A stretch of 64,000 bases of DNA from the NCBI GenBank assembly GCA_029861535.1, contig JAOTZC010000006.1:877-64876 (forward strand), given 5' to 3'. How positions within the stretch are numbered: position 1 is the first letter of the stretch; every line of letters starts with the position of its first letter. Below the pieces are notes generated by a model, which did no database searches, was not told where the DNA came from, and saw only the letters and a list, made by a program, of their open reading frames with translations. Source of the DNA: Gammaproteobacteria bacterium (GTDB lineage Bacteria > Pseudomonadota > Gammaproteobacteria > Steroidobacterales > Woeseiaceae). A program made the position numbers and the translations under genes. This document shows positions 18,519 through 26,124 of the stretch, in pieces.

Positions 18519-20531
18519 CTAGGTCTTATTAATGTATTCGTATTGCTCGTAGCGACCCAGCACCGGCTGCAGCACTTCAACGAGTTCATCGAGACGCTTT
18601 TCGTGATTGCGCCAGAAATGAACCGACTTCGAGTAAATCGGCTGGCGAACTTGTTCTGAGCTGGCCGTGCGCACCGGCCGATCCGTGTCGTGAAACCGGA
18701 GACACGCGTTCTCCCAGGGCAATTCACAATAATCGAGCAGCCGACGTACTTGGGCCTCGAAATCCGTCACAACGTCTTCGTACTGAACCGTCAACACCCG
18801 GCCGGGCAATACCTCATGCCAATGGTCCATCAGACGTTGATATTGCAAGAAATATTCCCCAATGTCGGTGAGGTCGTAGGTAAACGGCTGACCTCTCCCG
18901 AACAGCTGTCGATAGCAGCTGAGACAGGAATCGAGCGGATAGCGTCGAGCGTCGATGATCTTTGCGTTCGGCAACATCAAATGGATAAAACCGACACTGG
19001 GATAATTGTTCGGCATCTTGTCGATGAAGTGCGGTGTTTGCTCGAGGCGATGCATCTGCGCACGATCCAGGTAGTCTTTGCCGAGCGCCTTGAAATGTTT
19101 TTCTTCGAGTTCGAGTAATGCCTCCGGATAGTTGATACCGTCGGCCCGATTGCGATCGAGCGTTCTGGCAACCTGCTGCACGTACGGCAGCTCCGAGGTC
19201 CCTTCGACTTTGCTATGACTCGCCAGGATCTGCTCGATTAACGTGGATCCGGAACGCGGCAGGCCGACAACAAAGATTGGCGATCTATCTCGATCACCGC
19301 GTCCGTCACTTTTTTCCATGACCTCTTTGCTGAACACCTCGATGATCCCGTCATTCTGCACCTCGGTGCCGACCGGATCGTATTGCTCGAGCATGCGACG
19401 CGTGGAATTACCCTTTTCGTAATAGTCCCACGCGCGATCGAAGTCCCCACTGTCCTCATGCGCCTTCGCTAGAGCAAACAAGAAATTGACGCGCGATTCG
19501 TCGCCAATGTCTTCGTTGTCCACCCAAGATTCCATTTCGCGGATGTCGTCGTCAGTCAACGAGTATGTCTTGAGATTCGCAAGGCTCCAGTATGTCTCTC
19601 CTTTGTTCGGCTTCAACTCGATGCAATCCCGGTAGGCCTGCACCGCCTCTTCTTGCCGGCCAACCGTTTTTAACATGTGGCCGAGTCCGAGCTTGGCGCC
19701 GGCATGTTTGGGTCTCAATTCCAGTACGCGCTCGTACGACTCTATCGCTTCATTGCTTAATGCGGCGGGGCTCAGTGTCGATGCCAGCAAAAAGTGCGCC
19801 TTAACACCGGTCGGCTCGAGATTGATGGCCTGACGGAAACAATCAATGGCCTCCTCAAAGCGATTCTGATCTTTCAGCGTATTACCGAGGTCGATGATCG
19901 CGTTGACAAAATCTGGAGCGAGTTTGACGGCACGCCGGAATAGTCGTTCCGCCTCATCAATGTCGGACACGCTGTACGCAATGATGCCCAACATGCGCAG
20001 CGCGTCGACGTTATTCGGATTGTCCCGTAGTACTTCTTTATAAAGTTCTGTTGCGTCCTCGATGCGACCGGCTTTGTGGTGTTCGGCTGCGTGCGCGAGC
20101 TTCTTGCGCTCCGGATTCAGTTTGAATGATTTCTCGAATGCCTCGTCAGCTTCCTTGCCTTTGCCCAGCATCGCCAGCCCTTTGCCGAGATTTAGCCATG
20201 CCAGCTCGAGCGACGGATCTAATCGGGTTGCCTTCTGCAGATACGACACGGCTTCTTCTGCCCGGTTCTGCTGCAGCACCGCAATCCCCATGTCTTCGTG
20301 CGGTTTGGCAAACGTCGGCGCCAAGTCTATCGCTTGTGCCAGCCATTGTTCCGCGTCCTTGAATCGCTTGCGCTTAATCTGGATTGCGCCGAGCAGTGCC
20401 AGCAGATTGACGTTTTGCGGATCTTTCTCGATCGCATTCCGACAAATATGCTCGGCGCGGTCGACCTGCCCTTTACCGACAAGTCCTATTGCCTCCTTGA
20501 ATTTGGCTCTATGTGCGGCCGCAATATTCAT
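18519..20531 (-). CDS. TPR-repeat sulfotransferase family protein
   Basis: 670 aa. The N-terminal ~330 aa are TPR repeats. The C-terminal sulfotransferase domain has the PAPS-binding loop VVGLPRSGSTLIEQILASH. Confidence 0.9.
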   Translation of the reverse strand: MNIAAAHRAKFKEAIGLVGKGQVDRAEHICRNAIEKDPQNVNLLALLGAIQIKRKRFKDAEQWLAQAIDLAPTFAKPHEDMGIAVLQQNRAEEAVSYLQKATRLDPSLELAWLNLGKGLAMLGKGKEADEAFEKSFKLNPERKKLAHAAEHHKAGRIEDATELYKEVLRDNPNNVDALRMLGIIAYSVSDIDEAERLFRRAVKLAPDFVNAIIDLGNTLKDQNRFEEAIDCFRQAINLEPTGVKAHFLLASTLSPAALSNEAIESYERVLELRPKHAGAKLGLGHMLKTVGRQEEAVQAYRDCIELKPNKGETYWSLANLKTYSLTDDDIREMESWVDNEDIGDESRVNFLFALAKAHEDSGDFDRAWDYYEKGNSTRRMLEQYDPVGTEVQNDGIIEVFSKEVMEKSDGRGDRDRSPIFVVGLPRSGSTLIEQILASHSKVEGTSELPYVQQVARTLDRNRADGINYPEALLELEEKHFKALGKDYLDRAQMHRLEQTPHFIDKMPNNYPSVGFIHLMLPNAKIIDARRYPLDSCLSCYRQLFGRGQPFTYDLTDIGEYFLQYQRLMDHWHEVLPGRVLTVQYEDVVTDFEAQVRRLLDYCELPWENACLRFHDTDRPVRTASSEQVRQPIYSKSVHFWRNHEKRLDELVEVLQPVLGRYEQYEYINKT

Positions 20532-20642
20532 TGTCGTTACCGGCGTCTCTTCTCAATATGATGGCCGTCGAATTCTACAACGGCTATCCACGGCATCACA
20601 TTGACATTCGCAGCCAATTGATCCAAGACTTGCTGCATCGTT

Positions 20643-21539
20643 GTGCCGGACTACGCCTTGAAGACTTTCCAAAAAGCTCTACGGACCCAAGACTTTACAC
20701 TCAGCGCCGAGCTGAAGCTGGATTCCCAATCATCCCCCACGTCCATCGTCGAACAGGCACAAGTCCTGGCCTCGACGGTCGATGCGATCCAGGTTACAGA
20801 CAACCCGGGCGGCCGCGTACACATGTCCCCGCTGGTTGCTGCCGGCATTCTGCTGGATCACGACGTCGATCCTGTGTTGCATGTGACCTGCCGGGACCGC
20901 AACCGCATTGCATTGCACAGTGATCTGCTAGGCGCGGCCGCACTTGGTGTGACGAGCTTGCTGCTGATGCGCGGCCAAAAGTTTCCGGTGGATTTTCCGT
21001 CGAAGGCCGCCACCGTGTTTGACTGGGGCGTAAGAAAACTCATCGCGGATGCGCAAGCATTGCAATCGGATCCGGAAAATGCGAATCCGCCGCAATTCTT
21101 TATCGGTTCAACCGCCACCGCGTTTAAACCAACTCGTGGTTGGCAACCTGAAAAGATCGCGGTCAAAGCGGATGCAGGCGTCAAGTTCATACAAACTCAG
21201 CTTTGCTTCGACATCGGCCTCATCAAACGCTATCTCGCCGGACTTGTGGGGGCGAAACTGATTGAACGTGTCAATGTCATCATCGGAATAGCCCCGATTC
21301 CATCAACCGACATCGGCGAATGGCTCGCGAGCAATTTGCGTGGCACCGTCGTTCCCGATGCCATCATGAAACGCTTGAAGCGAGCGTCGAACCCTGAGCG
21401 CGAAGGCATTGAGATCTGTGCGGAGATGCTGCAGGAACTCGCAGCCATCCCGGGAGTGTCGGGCGCAAACATAATGTCTTTTGGCGATGCGCAGGGGATT
21501 GCTAAGGCCATCGAAATATCCGGGTTGCGAACGAAATAA
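20643..21539 (+). CDS. methylenetetrahydrofolate reductase-like protein (MetF family)
   Basis: 298 aa. The segments VDAIQVTDNPGGRVHMS...LHVTCRDRN...LLLMRGQ and ...KADAGVKFIQTQLCFD are collinear with the MTHFR TIM-barrel motifs (compare E. coli MetF VSVTYGA..PHLTC..ALRGD..AGANRAITQFFFD). Confidence 0.75.
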   Translation: MPDYALKTFQKALRTQDFTLSAELKLDSQSSPTSIVEQAQVLASTVDAIQVTDNPGGRVHMSPLVAAGILLDHDVDPVLHVTCRDRNRIALHSDLLGAAALGVTSLLLMRGQKFPVDFPSKAATVFDWGVRKLIADAQALQSDPENANPPQFFIGSTATAFKPTRGWQPEKIAVKADAGVKFIQTQLCFDIGLIKRYLAGLVGAKLIERVNVIIGIAPIPSTDIGEWLASNLRGTVVPDAIMKRLKRASNPEREGIEICAEMLQELAAIPGVSGANIMSFGDAQGIAKAIEISGLRTK

Positions 21540-21624
21540 CAATAGGACATTTAAGAGCAATGACGCAGTACATACACCGCAAAGTAGTGCTTTCTTTCTC
21601 TTGAGGCTTCACGACAGTCGTCGT

Positions 21625-22035
21625 CTACTCTTCTCCTGCAGCCAAAGCAAAATTGTAAATACCGGCTTCTCGCGACGCATTCATTACCTGCACCAAGCTA
21701 TTGTTTGACGAGAGTTTATCGGCCTGAATGACGACTGTCGCATGTGGATTTTCAGCATGCAGTCTTTCGATATTGGCCCTCACCGCGCGCGGGTCGATCA
21801 GTCGTCTGTCCATCCAAATTTGGTTGTTTTCTGAAATAGCGATCAATATGTTCTGAATTTCCGGCGATAGAGGTTTGGATACGTCCGATCGATTCACGTC
21901 GATTCCAGCCTCTTTGACAAAGGAGGCGACCATTATGAAAAAGATCAGCATGATGAATACGACATCAAGCATCGGTGTCAGGTTAATTTCGTCGTCCGCC
22001 TCGTGCTCCGCATCAGCAACAATAACTCTGCGCAT
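21625..22035 (-). CDS. exbD: biopolymer transport protein ExbD/TolR
   Basis: Motif EINLTPMLDVVFIMLIFFIMV. The ORF track starts at GTG 22074. I prefer ATG 22035, which has GGAGG (22047-22043) 7 nt upstream. Confidence 0.9.
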   Translation of the reverse strand: MRRVIVADAEHEADDEINLTPMLDVVFIMLIFFIMVASFVKEAGIDVNRSDVSKPLSPEIQNILIAISENNQIWMDRRLIDPRAVRANIERLHAENPHATVVIQADKLSSNNSLVQVMNASREAGIYNFALAAGEE

Positions 22036-22083
22036 TGTATTACCTCCAGCAGCCCGCCTAGAGACCATTCTCACGGGGTAATT

Positions 22084-22112
22084 ATATATACCTTGAACTA
22101 ATAGGTATATAT
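22084..22112. promoter_or_regulatory. inverted repeat ATATATACC-N11-GGTATATAT, candidate operator upstream of exbD
   Basis: Perfect 9-bp arms (22084-22092 and 22104-22112), 49-77 nt upstream of the exbD ATG, in an AT-rich stretch. Confidence 0.3.
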
Positions 22113-22208
22113 CGAATACACGAAATTGTGTTGAAAAATTTCATCAACAACAGCCTACAACACGCGCTTAACCACCGTGATTGTTGTCAGTAACAAAATA
22201 GTGACAAA

Positions 22209-22273
22209 ACGCAAAACCCTAAATGCCAATCTCGAGCGTTGCCGTTGAAAAGAGTTGAGCTACCGAAGGTGGG
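22209..22273 (+). other. partial GEMM-like duplicate (ACGCAAAACC - hairpin - GCUACCGAAGGUGGG)
   Basis: The 13-nt string TACCGAAGGTGGG (22261-22273) is identical to 22615-22627 in the riboswitch. ACGCAAAACC (22209-22218) differs by 1 nt from the riboswitch ACGCAAAGCC. The 40 nt between them can form a hairpin (27-33 with 52-57, 35-38 with 43-46). The GGCAAA element and an adjacent first hairpin are missing. Confidence 0.25.
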
Positions 22274-22542
22274 GTGGCGCGCACCGGCTCTCCTTGCCCC
22301 GCGCAAGACTCGCAACTCGCCTGGTCAACCGGAATGTGTTCCGTGCGAAGAAATGTTCGCGTCGCATGGCCGAGCAACAGACCGTCGCTCGGCACTAAGG
22401 GTCCAGCCATCAGGTCGAGTCTTCTTATGTAAAAACGTTAGATATGTCAAAGAGTTACTTGCTGTCGCGTGGCTCAGTTATGTGACGCCCATCACACCGT
22501 GCCGGCACCGTGTAGCTAGACTTCGACTTACAAGATCCCGCT

Positions 22543-22619
22543 CGATAACGGCAAACCCCGAGTAATCGGGGGACGCAAAGCCACGGGTCCCTGGGCATAG
22601 AGGGACGGCCGGGTTACCG
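22543..22619 (+). promoter_or_regulatory. c-di-GMP-I (GEMM) riboswitch aptamer
   Basis: Reads CGAUAAC GGCAAA CCCCGA-GUAA-UCGGGG GACGCAAAGCC, then a hairpin (GUCCCU/AGGGAC, 22587-22592 and 22601-22606, with lower-stem extension), then CCGGGUUACCG. This matches the remembered V. cholerae Vc2 core element by element (GGGCAAACC-AUUC-GAAA-GAGUGG-GACGCAAAGCC...GGGGUUACCGA). P1 is CGAUAAC/GUUACCG with 6 of 7 pairs. G-U pairs favour the plus strand. Confidence 0.8.
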
Positions 22620-22660
22620 AAGGTGGGAACGCCTGAACGTACGGGTTCGGTGTCGGGATC

Positions 22661-22683
22661 TTTCCTTGTTCAGTAACAGGAAA
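22661..22683 (+). promoter_or_regulatory. hairpin abutting the Shine-Dalgarno of the 148-aa gene (candidate expression platform)
   Basis: UUUCC(U)UGUU-CAGU-AACAGGAAA. The 3' arm ends 1 nt before GGGAAG (22685-22690) and the ATG is at 22695. A second hairpin, CUGAAC-GUACGG-GUUCGG, lies at 22633-22650. No U-tract terminator follows. Confidence 0.4.
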
Positions 22684-22694
22684 AGGGAAGTCCT

Positions 22695-23141
22695 ATGAAG
22701 ATTCGATACCTTGTTGTACTAACCTGTCTCATTGGCGCAGGCGCCCAGGCGGACGACATGGTCGTCTATCGCTGGGATGACGTCTGCAATTACTCGACGT
22801 CCACCAATTGGTTCAGCGTGGCGCCGGGGCAAAGCGCGACGATTGAAGTCGATCTCACCGGCTGTACTGAGGAGCAGATCGGCAGCCTGCTATTCTTCGG
22901 CAATTACGCAGCCAGGAACAGCGGCAAGCAGCTGTCGTCCAGGCATAAAGTGCGACTGCATCTAACCGCGCTCTATAGCTCCGGCAACGTGGCAGGGCAA
23001 ATGACCTCCGATTCGGGCTCGATACTCGCCGACGTCGCGCACCTCGACGCCCCCACCTGCATTCTGACTGCCGAGAATACGAATCGTAACAAGACAGTCA
23101 CGATTCGTCTGCGCGCGCATCTATTCGAGGCTGCGCCTTAA
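22695..23141 (+). CDS. small secreted protein, function unknown
   Basis: 148 aa with signal peptide MKIRYLVVLTCLIGAGAQA, four Cys and a beta-rich sequence. The SD precedes the ATG. It is the first gene after the riboswitch. Confidence 0.7.
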   Translation: MKIRYLVVLTCLIGAGAQADDMVVYRWDDVCNYSTSTNWFSVAPGQSATIEVDLTGCTEEQIGSLLFFGNYAARNSGKQLSSRHKVRLHLTALYSSGNVAGQMTSDSGSILADVAHLDAPTCILTAENTNRNKTVTIRLRAHLFEAAP

Positions 23142-23154
23142 GAACGATCGATGG

Positions 23155-23174
23155 ACCCGGCCGCAAGGCCGGGT
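23155..23174 (+). terminator. GNRA-capped hairpin after the 148-aa gene (weak or leaky terminator candidate)
   Basis: ACCCGGCC-GCAA-GGCCGGGT, an 8-bp GC-rich stem 14 nt after the stop. No U-tract follows. Confidence 0.35.
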
Positions 23175-23589
23175 TGCACAAATCTGTGCGGACCATCTGA
23201 AGCCTGCCGCCGATGTGGGCGTGTAGTGTCACAAAAATTTGACACAATACAGCGGTTTATTTCTTTTAACATAAGCTGTTGTGCTTGACTGTGCGTTCGG
23301 ACACAAGGAAACTGTCAGCAATATCAGAGGGCAACTGTGATCACGTAAATCCGATCCGGTGACGCGCTTAGCTCTCGTGCTTGAACAACAACATACCGCA
23401 TGAAGCGGCAAGAATAAGACGAAGAACGACACACGATTGATGCAAGACCGCATTTTTTGTAATCCAGACTGTAACGCGAGTAGGTTCGCGTGCGGTTTCG
23501 TGCGGGCAGCACAAGCCGGTGTGATCGGGCAGAATTCAAACGAACGCAAACAACAATAAATTCAAAAAAAGCTGATTGAGGGGAACGGC

Positions 23590-25971
23590 ATGATCACTTT
23601 TAAACCTATAACAATTCAACAAACGGCACTGCGCGGTCTCAGGCAGGCGATGATTTTCGCGGTGCTTCTGCCCGCTATCATTCTTGTCGCAGTGCCGACC
23701 GCGAGTGCTCAGGATGGCACCGGAGAGACAATCATAAACCAATGTATGGATGACCTTTTTCCGGGTAATCTCGGTTGTACAGCCAACGATGTCCGCGTTT
23801 CCGGCGTCGCCGATGTGACGGGTGACGGTATCGTCAACGAGGATGACATCACATTCGAGCCTGTTTGCGATATCGGAGCAGATCTACCTGGGCTTTCCTG
23901 TGACGGCAATCCAGGTATTTGTACGGTTAATAACGTCGCGACGCCAGGGCTCTGCGGCGACCGGTGTGCATTTCCCGGCGACACGACCAGCTTCGCGGCC
24001 ACGTTTGAGGTGGAGCTGAGTGCCCAGGAGCGTTTCGACATCGGCCTGTACTTCGACATCAATGCGGATCCGGAGGGTGATGGCGCCTTGACCGGCACCT
24101 GTTCCATCAGCACGCTGCCCGAAGTGGGGTCGTTCACCCGACCCGATGGCAGCACCGGCAACTTTGTCGACCTCGACACCAACTGTAACGGCGGCAGGTG
24201 CCCTCAGCCCGAAGATCTGTGTGGTGATATTGACAACGCCAACAACCCGATCTTCTATGATCTGAGCCAGACAGGAAATTTCATCGCGGCAGTATGTGTC
24301 GATCCCGACGGTGACGGCCAGCTGAATCTGCCCAACTGTACCAGCTGGCGCCAGTCCGGTGCGAATGAGGTCTGTACAGACCCCGACGATGCCTTCCCGG
24401 GCTCGCCATCCAAGTGTAACTGCGATCCCGAATTCCAGGTGCCGATCAACGTACCGCCCGCTGAGCTGCTAGTTGTAAAAACGGCGAACCCGACTACAGT
24501 AGATGAGCCGGGCGGGGTAGTGACATTTACTGTCGAGGTTACGAACACCGGCATTGATCCTAACAACGACGTAACCCTGAATGCGATGGTGGATGACGTC
24601 TACGGTGACCTCGACGCAGACGATCTCAATAGCCACACCTGGTTAACCAGTGACTGCCTGGATGACAATGATCCACCAGTGGTCCTTACTCCTAATGGTG
24701 GTACATACACTTGTATGTTTACCGGTACGGTCAGTGGCAACGGAGGTGAATCACAACGGGATATAGTGATAGCGTCGGGCGTCGACGACAACGGCAACCC
24801 AATCAGCGGAGATGATTTCGCCGATGTGGATATCGTGGACGTGCTGCCGGCTATCTCCGTGACCAAAACGGCTAATCCGGACTCCGTGACTGAGCCGGGC
24901 GCTAATGTGGAGTTCACGGTTGTGGTGAGTAACGATAGCACGGCCGACCCGCTGACCATCACCTTGCTGACGGATGAACGACCGCTCGGTGGTACCGTTA
25001 CTGACATTGGCAACCTGTGTCTCGATGGGAGTGACAACTCACTCATCGGTCAGACAATCCCGCAGGGCGGTCCGCCCCTCACCTGCACGTTTACGGTATT
25101 CGTGGATGGCAATGCGGGCGAGCCTGCCGAGGTCGACAAGGTCACTGTAACAGGTGAGGATGACGAGCCGCAGCCGAACTCGGTGAGTGCCTACGACACA
25201 GCCTCCGTCTCCATCAGCGATGACGAGGCCATGATCAAGCTAACCAAAACCGCGAACCCGACCTCGGTGCCCGAACCAGGTGGTGACGTGATGTTTACTT
25301 TGGTGGTCGACAACCTGTCATTGGTTGACCCATTAACTATTACGTCGCTGACGGATGAACGTCCGCTCGGTGGTGCCGTTACTGACATAGGCAACCTGTG
25401 TCTCGATGCGAGTAACAACTCACTCATTGGTCAGACAATAACGGCCGGGGGCTCGCTCACTTGCACGTTTGTGATTCCTGTCACAGGTGACGCCTCGGAT
25501 GTCCCGCCCGGTGAGACCGACCTGGCGACGGTCGAGGCCACTGACGATGACTTGCCTCCCAACACCGTCAGTGACGATGACGATGCGACGGTTACATTTC
25601 TCGACGTGCCGCCATCTGCGTCGCTCACCAAAACCGCGACCATGGTCGTGGCGACCTTCGACGTGGTAGTGACGAACACTTCGTCAGCGGAAGCGATTAG
25701 TCTCGATGCGCTGGTTGATGATCAATTCCCCGGAGGTATTCTAATCGGGGATATTGATGGCGTGACGATTTTGAATTCAACTTGCAGTGTACCGCAGACA
25801 CTTGAGCCCAATGATGGCCAACCAGGTGGCTTGGACGAATACACCTGTTCGTATGACGCCAAGATCAACACGTCACCGCACGTAGATACCGTGACTGGAA
25901 CTGTATCGGATAACGACGGTGGGTCTGTTATGCCATCCGACAGTGCCGAGGTGACGTTCGGCGATCCCTGA
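23590..25971 (+). CDS. large secreted Cys-rich protein with four Ig-like (DUF11/CARDB-style) repeats, adhesin-like
   Basis: 793 aa with a signal peptide ending ASAQ. The N-terminal ~290 aa carry more than 20 Cys and D-rich loops. Four repeats follow, starting (V/T)KTANP..V.EPGG.V.FT..V.N. Confidence 0.85.
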   Translation: MITFKPITIQQTALRGLRQAMIFAVLLPAIILVAVPTASAQDGTGETIINQCMDDLFPGNLGCTANDVRVSGVADVTGDGIVNEDDITFEPVCDIGADLPGLSCDGNPGICTVNNVATPGLCGDRCAFPGDTTSFAATFEVELSAQERFDIGLYFDINADPEGDGALTGTCSISTLPEVGSFTRPDGSTGNFVDLDTNCNGGRCPQPEDLCGDIDNANNPIFYDLSQTGNFIAAVCVDPDGDGQLNLPNCTSWRQSGANEVCTDPDDAFPGSPSKCNCDPEFQVPINVPPAELLVVKTANPTTVDEPGGVVTFTVEVTNTGIDPNNDVTLNAMVDDVYGDLDADDLNSHTWLTSDCLDDNDPPVVLTPNGGTYTCMFTGTVSGNGGESQRDIVIASGVDDNGNPISGDDFADVDIVDVLPAISVTKTANPDSVTEPGANVEFTVVVSNDSTADPLTITLLTDERPLGGTVTDIGNLCLDGSDNSLIGQTIPQGGPPLTCTFTVFVDGNAGEPAEVDKVTVTGEDDEPQPNSVSAYDTASVSISDDEAMIKLTKTANPTSVPEPGGDVMFTLVVDNLSLVDPLTITSLTDERPLGGAVTDIGNLCLDASNNSLIGQTITAGGSLTCTFVIPVTGDASDVPPGETDLATVEATDDDLPPNTVSDDDDATVTFLDVPPSASLTKTATMVVATFDVVVTNTSSAEAISLDALVDDQFPGGILIGDIDGVTILNSTCSVPQTLEPNDGQPGGLDEYTCSYDAKINTSPHVDTVTGTVSDNDGGSVMPSDSAEVTFGDP
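24853..25092 (+). repeat. intragenic repeat copy A (80 codons)
   Basis: ISVTKTANPDSVTEPGANVEF...DPLTITLLTDERPLGGTVTDIGNLCLDGSDNSLIGQTI...LTCTF. The nucleotide core 24967-25060 is near-identical to 25348-25441. Confidence 0.9.
25234..25470 (+). repeat. intragenic repeat copy B (79 codons, offset 381 nt = 127 codons)
   Basis: IKLTKTANPTSVPEPGGDVMF...DPLTITSLTDERPLGGAVTDIGNLCLDASNNSLIGQTI...LTCTF. Confidence 0.9.
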
Positions 25972-26044
25972 TCGGGTAAGTCTGACGCGGCAGCTTTCGC
26001 TTGCAAGGAGGCATGAGTAGCAAGCTGCCGGATTAGCAACAACA

Positions 26045-26076
26045 GGGGCCGGAAGGATTTCCGGCCCCTTTTCTTT
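26045..26076 (+). terminator. rho-independent terminator
   Basis: GGGGCCGGAA-GGAT-TTCCGGCCCC followed by TTTTCTTT, 74 nt after the stop of the 793-aa gene. Confidence 0.85.
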
Positions 26077-26124
26077 GTCGCTTGCACACCGTATTGTCCT
26101 TGCAAGTTGTGATGGCGTAAGTTT

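Noticed and set aside
22200-22690. Before the GEMM match was found, this region was tested against other structured RNA classes: RNase P RNA, tmRNA, 6S RNA, group II intron domain V (ACGTACGGGTTC resembles the 3' strand of domain V), glycine riboswitch (ACCGAAGG), cobalamin riboswitch (GCCAC...GGGA) and guanidine-I (CTAAGGGTCCAG...AGGTCGAG).
   Set aside because: None of the universally conserved cores is present. Missing are GGAAAGTCCGGGC for RNase P, the tRNA-like end for tmRNA, a complementary 5' strand with the AGC triad for domain V, CTCAGGCAAAAGGAC for glycine, the B12 box, and ACACGG.GGGA.AAAGCCCGGGAGA for guanidine-I. The similarities are short and are better explained by the c-di-GMP-I aptamer and its partial duplicate.
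22036-22694. Degraded exbB/tolQ pseudogene filling the 659-nt gap upstream of exbD.
   Set aside because: The minus-strand frames show no ExbB/TolQ-like hydrophobic helices or conserved C-terminal motif. The only ORF there (22219-22410) is Arg/Ser/Ala-rich noise, and the region is better explained as RNA structure.
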